A stretch of DNA of 64,000 nucleotides from Candidatus Limnocylindria bacterium (GTDB lineage Bacteria; Chloroflexota; Limnocylindria; QHBO01), in contig DASWIE010000083.1 in NCBI GenBank assembly GCA_036397815.1, positions 20,067 through 84,066 of the forward strand, in the 5' to 3' direction. Under the pieces are notes generated by a model, which was not told the DNA's origin, did no database searches, and saw only the letters and a program-made list of their open reading frames with translations. The translations under genes were made by a program, and so were the position numbers. This document shows positions 59,565 to 64,000 of this stretch, in pieces (within the stretch, counting starts at the first letter, position 1; every line of letters begins with the position of its first letter).

Positions 59565-60401
59565 ATGCTCGAGATTGGCGTCGTCTTCGGACTGGGCTCG
59601 GCCGTGGCCTGGGGGGCGGGCGATTTCGTGGGCGGGCTGGCCGCCCGTCGCTCGGGTGCCATCGCGGTCGCAGCCGGCGCGACAGTGGTGGGCTTCGCCC
59701 TGCTGCTCCTCCTGTTGGCCATCGTGCGCCCCGCCCTTCCGCCCGCAGAGGTGGTCCTCCTGGGCGGCTTCGCCGGCGTCGCGGGCGGGCTTGGGCTGGC
59801 CGCTCTCTACCGCGGCCTTTCCCTTGGCAGCATGGGCCTGGTCGCTGCGCTGTCGGGCGTGGGGTCAGTGCTGCTGCCGCTGATCGTGGGCGTCTGGCTC
59901 GCCGGCGACGTCATCGACCCGCTGCAGTGGGTGGGCGTGGCGGCGGCACTCGCCGCCGGAGCCGCAGCCAGCGGCGCGACCCTGCGCGGCGTGAACGCCG
60001 CTGCCCTGCGCATGGGCCTGGTGGCGGCGATCGGCTTCGGGCTGTGGTACGTCATCCTCGACCGGGCCGCCGAGACGCACGAGCTATGGGCCCTCGTTGC
60101 CAGTCGGGGCTCGTCATCGGTCATCGTGGGCGGGCTGGCGCTGGCGCGCGGTGGGGCGCGGGGGTTGCGATCTTCATGGCGGCTCGTGCTGGCGGCGGGC
60201 GCGCTGGACCTCGGTGGCAACGCCGGCTTCGTCCTGGCCCGCGGCACGCTGCCGGTCGGCATCGCGGCGGCCCTCTCCGGCCTCTACCCGATCGCCACCA
60301 TGCTGCTGGCGCGTGGGGTGATCGGTGAGGCGCTCCCACGGCTCGGCGTCGCCGCCGTTGCCTTGGCGGTATGCGGGATCGTCCTGATTTCGCTGGGGTA
60401 G
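59565..60401 (+). CDS. EamA/DMT family transporter
   Basis: Start MLEIGVVFGLGSAVAWGAGDF. About 10 TM segments, two EamA-like halves. Confidence 0.8.
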   Translation: MLEIGVVFGLGSAVAWGAGDFVGGLAARRSGAIAVAAGATVVGFALLLLLLAIVRPALPPAEVVLLGGFAGVAGGLGLAALYRGLSLGSMGLVAALSGVGSVLLPLIVGVWLAGDVIDPLQWVGVAAALAAGAAASGATLRGVNAAALRMGLVAAIGFGLWYVILDRAAETHELWALVASRGSSSVIVGGLALARGGARGLRSSWRLVLAAGALDLGGNAGFVLARGTLPVGIAAALSGLYPIATMLLARGVIGEALPRLGVAAVALAVCGIVLISLG

Positions 60402-60630
60402 CCGACGGTCAGGACGGCCAGCCGCCCCCCGTCGATGCCTCGAGGATGGTTGGGCCGATCATGCGAGAAGCCTCCCGGGCGCCACCTCCTTGGCGCGACA
60501 TCTCGCGACGCGGGGTGGCACCACAGGAGACCGCGATCGACCTTACCGGCCGCTTACCATCGGCTTAGTGGGTGCCGCGTATGATGGCAAGGCCGCCCTT
60601 CCGACCACCGAACGAGCCGCCGCACTGAGC

Positions 60631-62889
60631 ATGACCTTCGACCGCGTCCCCGTCGTTGAGGCTGCCCTCGACTCCTACCTGCAAGGGGCCGGGCCCTCCC
60701 CAGCGCGGCTGGCACCCGACGCGCCGCTCCGCCCCGGCGCGGGACTCCTTGCGCGCAAGGCGGTCGAGCTGTTCGAGGATCAGCTCCTCGCGCGCGCGGT
60801 CGATGTCGCGGCGCGGGAGCTGAAGAAGACGAACCGCAGCTTCCACACCGTCACGGGCGCCGGGCACGAGAACAACGCCGTCGTCGGCGCCCAGCTGCGG
60901 ATCAACGACCCCGCATTCCTGCACTATCGGTCGGGCGGCTTCATGATGGCCCGCGCCCGCCAGCTGCCCGGCAGCACGCCCGCCTTCGACGCGTTGCTCG
61001 GGATCGTCGCCAGCAGCCACGATCCCATCGCGCAGGGCCGGCACAAGGTGTGGGGCAGCCGCCCGCTCTGGGTTCCTCCCCAGACCTCGACCATCGCCAG
61101 CCACCTGCCGAAGGCGATGGGGCTGGCCTTCAGCCTGGCGCGCGCCCGTCGACTGGGGGTGGACGGCGAGCTGCCGCACGACGCGATCGTGGCCTGCTCC
61201 TTCGGCGACGCGTCGGTCAACCACGCCACCGCGCTGGCGGCGATCAACACGGCCAGGTATGCGGTTCGCATCGGACTGCCGATGCCGCTGCTGCTGGTCT
61301 GCGAGGACAACGACACCGGGATCAGCGTGCCCACGCCCGAGGGCTGGATCGCGGGCACCTTCTCTGGCATGGAGCACCTCCGCTACACCCTGGCCGACGG
61401 CGAGCTCGACGAGGTGTGGGACGCGGTGGACGGTGCGGTGCGCTACGTGCGGGCCTCCAGGAAGCCTGCCTTCCTGCATCTGCGCACCGTCCGGCTCTGG
61501 GGCCACGCCGGCAGCGACGCCGAGCAGACGTATCGGTCCGCTGGCGAGATCGCGGCAGTCGAGGCGCGTGACCCACTGCTGCGCAACGCTCGCCGCCTGG
61601 TCGAGACCGGCGCCGCCACGCCGGCATCCCTGCTCGCCCTGGTGCGCAGTACGCGCGAGCGGGTCCAGGCGGCGGCCGAGGAGGCGACGCGCCGCCCACG
61701 CCTGGCCACCGCCAACGAGGTCACCGCCCCGCTGGCCCCGTATCACCCCGAGCGTGTCGCCGCCAACATCGGGCGGCCGGCACTCGACAAGGCGGCCCGG
61801 CGAGAGCTGTTCGGTGGCGCGCTGCCGGAGAAGGCGAGCAACCCGAACGCGCGGACGCTGGCCGGCTGCCTGAACGCCGCGCTCGCCGACGAGCTCGACC
61901 GCCGACCGGAGCTGATCCTGTTCGGCGAGGACGTGGCCCGCAAGGGAGGCGTCTACAACGTCACCAATGGACTCCAGCGCAAGTTCGGCGCGGGCCGCGT
62001 CTTCGACACCCTGCTGGACGAGACCTCGATCCTGGGCATCGCGCAGGGCGCGGCGCACGTCGGCCTGCTGCCCGTCCCTGAGATCCAGTACCTCGCCTAC
62101 CTGCACAACGCGCTCGACCAGCTGCGCGGCGAGGCGGCCTCGCTCCAGTTCTTCAGCTCCGGGCAGTTCCGCAACCCGATGGTGGTGCGCGTCCCCGGGC
62201 TCGCCTACCAGAAGGGCTTCGGCGGGCACTTCCACAACGACAACAGCGTCGGCGCGCTGCGCGACATCCCCGGCTTGCTGCTGGCGGTGCCGGCCCGCGG
62301 CGACGACGCAGCCCGGATGCTGCGGGGCGCGGTCGGCATCGCCGCCGAGGATGGACGTGTGGTCGTCTTCCTGGAGCCGATCGCCCTGTACCACGAGAAG
62401 GACCTACACGTTGAGGGCGATGGCGGCTGGCTGACCGATTACCCGGCGCCCCCGGCCCACCTGCTGCCGGGCGAGGTAGGCGTGTACGAGCCCGATGGCG
62501 GCGCGACCCCGAACGTGCTGCTCGTCAGCTACGCGAACGGTCTGCGGCTCTCGCTGCAGGCCGCCCGGCGGTTGCGTGAGGAGCACGGCGTGGCGGCGCG
62601 CGTCCTCGACCTGCGGTGGCTCAACCCGCTGCCCACCGCCGCGCTGCGCGAGCACGCGGAAACGGTCGGATCGGTCCTGGTCGTGGACGAGTGCCGGCGC
62701 ACGGGCGGCGGCGTGGCGGACGCGATCGTGGCCGACCTGGCGGAGGCCGGTATCGGGCGGCGGCTGGGATCCGTGCGCGCGGTCGACAGCTTCGTGCCAC
62801 TCGGCACGGCCGCGGCGGCGGTGCTCGTCGGCCTCGAGGAGATCGTGACCGGAGCGCTCGCCGCGGTCGGCGAACGCGCCTCCGCTTGA
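60631..62889 (+). CDS. fused alpha/beta E1 component of a 2-oxoacid dehydrogenase (ThDP-dependent)
   Basis: ATG 60631 (MTFDRVP). The N-terminal half is E1-alpha-like (SFGDASVNH, LLVCEDNDTGIS). The C-terminal half is E1-beta-like (LFGEDVARKGGVY, FDTLLDETSILG, EIQYLAY). 752 aa. Confidence 0.8.
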   Translation: MTFDRVPVVEAALDSYLQGAGPSPARLAPDAPLRPGAGLLARKAVELFEDQLLARAVDVAARELKKTNRSFHTVTGAGHENNAVVGAQLRINDPAFLHYRSGGFMMARARQLPGSTPAFDALLGIVASSHDPIAQGRHKVWGSRPLWVPPQTSTIASHLPKAMGLAFSLARARRLGVDGELPHDAIVACSFGDASVNHATALAAINTARYAVRIGLPMPLLLVCEDNDTGISVPTPEGWIAGTFSGMEHLRYTLADGELDEVWDAVDGAVRYVRASRKPAFLHLRTVRLWGHAGSDAEQTYRSAGEIAAVEARDPLLRNARRLVETGAATPASLLALVRSTRERVQAAAEEATRRPRLATANEVTAPLAPYHPERVAANIGRPALDKAARRELFGGALPEKASNPNARTLAGCLNAALADELDRRPELILFGEDVARKGGVYNVTNGLQRKFGAGRVFDTLLDETSILGIAQGAAHVGLLPVPEIQYLAYLHNALDQLRGEAASLQFFSSGQFRNPMVVRVPGLAYQKGFGGHFHNDNSVGALRDIPGLLLAVPARGDDAARMLRGAVGIAAEDGRVVVFLEPIALYHEKDLHVEGDGGWLTDYPAPPAHLLPGEVGVYEPDGGATPNVLLVSYANGLRLSLQAARRLREEHGVAARVLDLRWLNPLPTAALREHAETVGSVLVVDECRRTGGGVADAIVADLAEAGIGRRLGSVRAVDSFVPLGTAAAAVLVGLEEIVTGALAAVGERASA

Positions 62890-62900
62890 GCGAACCAGCG

Positions 62901-63914
62901 ATGCAACGCGCCGTTATCGTCTGCCCCGGCCGCGGTGCGTACACCGCTGCGTCCCTCGGATCGCTGATCCCGGAGCACCCACTCGTCGACCGGGCGGAGG
63001 AGCTGCGGGCCGGCTACCCGCTGGAGCCGCTTCTCGAGCTGGACCAGGCCGCCGCGTTCGACCCCGCACGTCACCTGCGGCCCGCGAACGCCGGGCCGCT
63101 CATCCTGGTGGCAAGCCTGCTCGACGTGGAGCGGGCCATGGGCGACCACGCGGTGACCGCGGTGGTCGGCAACTCGCTCGGCTGGTATACCGCCCTGGCG
63201 GTGGCTGGCGCCCTGCCGTTCGACGATGCGTTCCGGCTGGTCCAGGAGATGGCGCTCCTCCAGGAGGAGCCGCTGCCGGACGGCGGGCCCGGTGGCCAGC
63301 TGATCTACCCGTTGACCGATGCTGCCTGGCACCCCGATCCCGACCTGCGCGCCGCCGTCACGGCCGCGCTCACGAACGGCAGGAAAGGGAGCGGCCACGT
63401 CCATGAGAGCGTGGACCTGGGCGGCTACGCGGTGCTGGCCGGCGACGAGGCCGGGATCGCACACTTGCAGCGCAGCCTGCCTACTGCCAAGGTCGGCGAG
63501 CGGGTCTACCCGCTGCGCCTGGCCCTCCACGGCCCGTACCACACACCGCTCGTCGCGCATGTGGCCGCTGCGGCGCGTGAGCGCCTGGCTGATCTCGACT
63601 GGCGCATGCCGAGCCTGACCCTCATCGATGGCAGAGGCGCGCGTTGGAGCCCGTGGTCGACCGATCCCGACGCGCTGCGCGACTACACCCTGGGCGAGCA
63701 GGTGACGACTCCCTACCGCTTCGCCGCCAGCATCCGCGTCGCGCTGCGCGAGCATGCGCCGGACGTACTGGTGCTCCCCGGGCCCGGCAACTCGCTCGGC
63801 GGCGTCTGCGGGCAGCTGATCGTGGCGGAGGGCTACCGCGGGATCGACTCCCGGGAGGCGTTCGAGGCAGCCCAGCGCTCCGACGCTCCCGTCGTCCTCT
63901 CCATGCGTCGCTGA
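62901..63914 (+). CDS. FabD-like acyltransferase domain protein (atypical)
   Basis: ATG 62901 (MQRAVIVCPGRGAY). Nucleophile elbow GNSLG (VVGNSLGWYTAL) and His box HGPYHTPL, as in malonyl-CoA:ACP transacylases. Confidence 0.7.
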   Translation: MQRAVIVCPGRGAYTAASLGSLIPEHPLVDRAEELRAGYPLEPLLELDQAAAFDPARHLRPANAGPLILVASLLDVERAMGDHAVTAVVGNSLGWYTALAVAGALPFDDAFRLVQEMALLQEEPLPDGGPGGQLIYPLTDAAWHPDPDLRAAVTAALTNGRKGSGHVHESVDLGGYAVLAGDEAGIAHLQRSLPTAKVGERVYPLRLALHGPYHTPLVAHVAAAARERLADLDWRMPSLTLIDGRGARWSPWSTDPDALRDYTLGEQVTTPYRFAASIRVALREHAPDVLVLPGPGNSLGGVCGQLIVAEGYRGIDSREAFEAAQRSDAPVVLSMRR

Positions 63915-63922
63915 CTCGACCG

Positions 63923-64000
63923 ATGCCTCTCCCCGCCTCTGTCTTGTCGCCCGACGTGGAGACCGTCCTGCAGCTGGCCGCACCGATTGACCTGGCGGCC
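63923..64000 (+). CDS. start of an unidentified CDS running off the window
   Basis: ATG 63923, 9 nt after the previous stop. Open to the window end (MPLPASVLSPDVETVLQLAAPIDLAA...). Too short to classify. Confidence 0.2.
   Translation, partial: MPLPASVLSPDVETVLQLAAPIDLAA

Overview
High-GC (roughly 68-70% by eye), gene-dense bacterial chromosomal segment with about 70 supportable CDS on both strands. Codon usage looks Actinomycetota- or Chloroflexota-like (inference only), and most long Arg/Ala/Pro-rich ORFs in the six-frame track are antisense artefacts. Content is mainly core and intermediary metabolism. It includes lepB/ndk, a coaX-coaBC-panC block and two glutamate dehydrogenase paralogues. 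A tightly packed ~7-kb minus-strand gene string runs folE - pterin carbinolamine dehydratase - MCM B12-binding subunit - meaB - GNAT - hbd - acyl-CoA dehydrogenase - acyl-CoA ligase and ends in a thiolase deletion remnant; the MCM catalytic subunit lies 18 kb away. There are also an Opu/ProU-type and a Pot-type ABC importer, two GT-C-like membrane glycosyltransferase genes, envelope proteins, a C-terminally truncated cysS, and a fused E1 alpha/beta dehydrogenase followed by a FabD-like acyltransferase. I found no rRNA, tRNA, CRISPR array, transposase, integrase or recognisable defence gene, and no convincing novel multi-gene system. The observations most worth follow-up are these. (1) A ~203-bp inverted-repeat element occurs in two homologous copies 40 kb apart, in the same orientation and the same genic context. 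(2) cysS lacks its C-terminal anticodon-binding module, while a module of that type is fused to a GT2 glycosyltransferase 6.6 kb away. (3) A GDH paralogue has lost the catalytic lysine. (4) A PanC homologue has several substituted signature residues. (5) A 59-codon thiolase N-/C-terminal fusion remnant is missing from the ORF track. (6) TANNNT boxes sit 6-9 nt upstream of several start codons, suggesting leaderless transcripts and helping to fix starts. All functional calls rest on motif recognition by eye; no database search was run.
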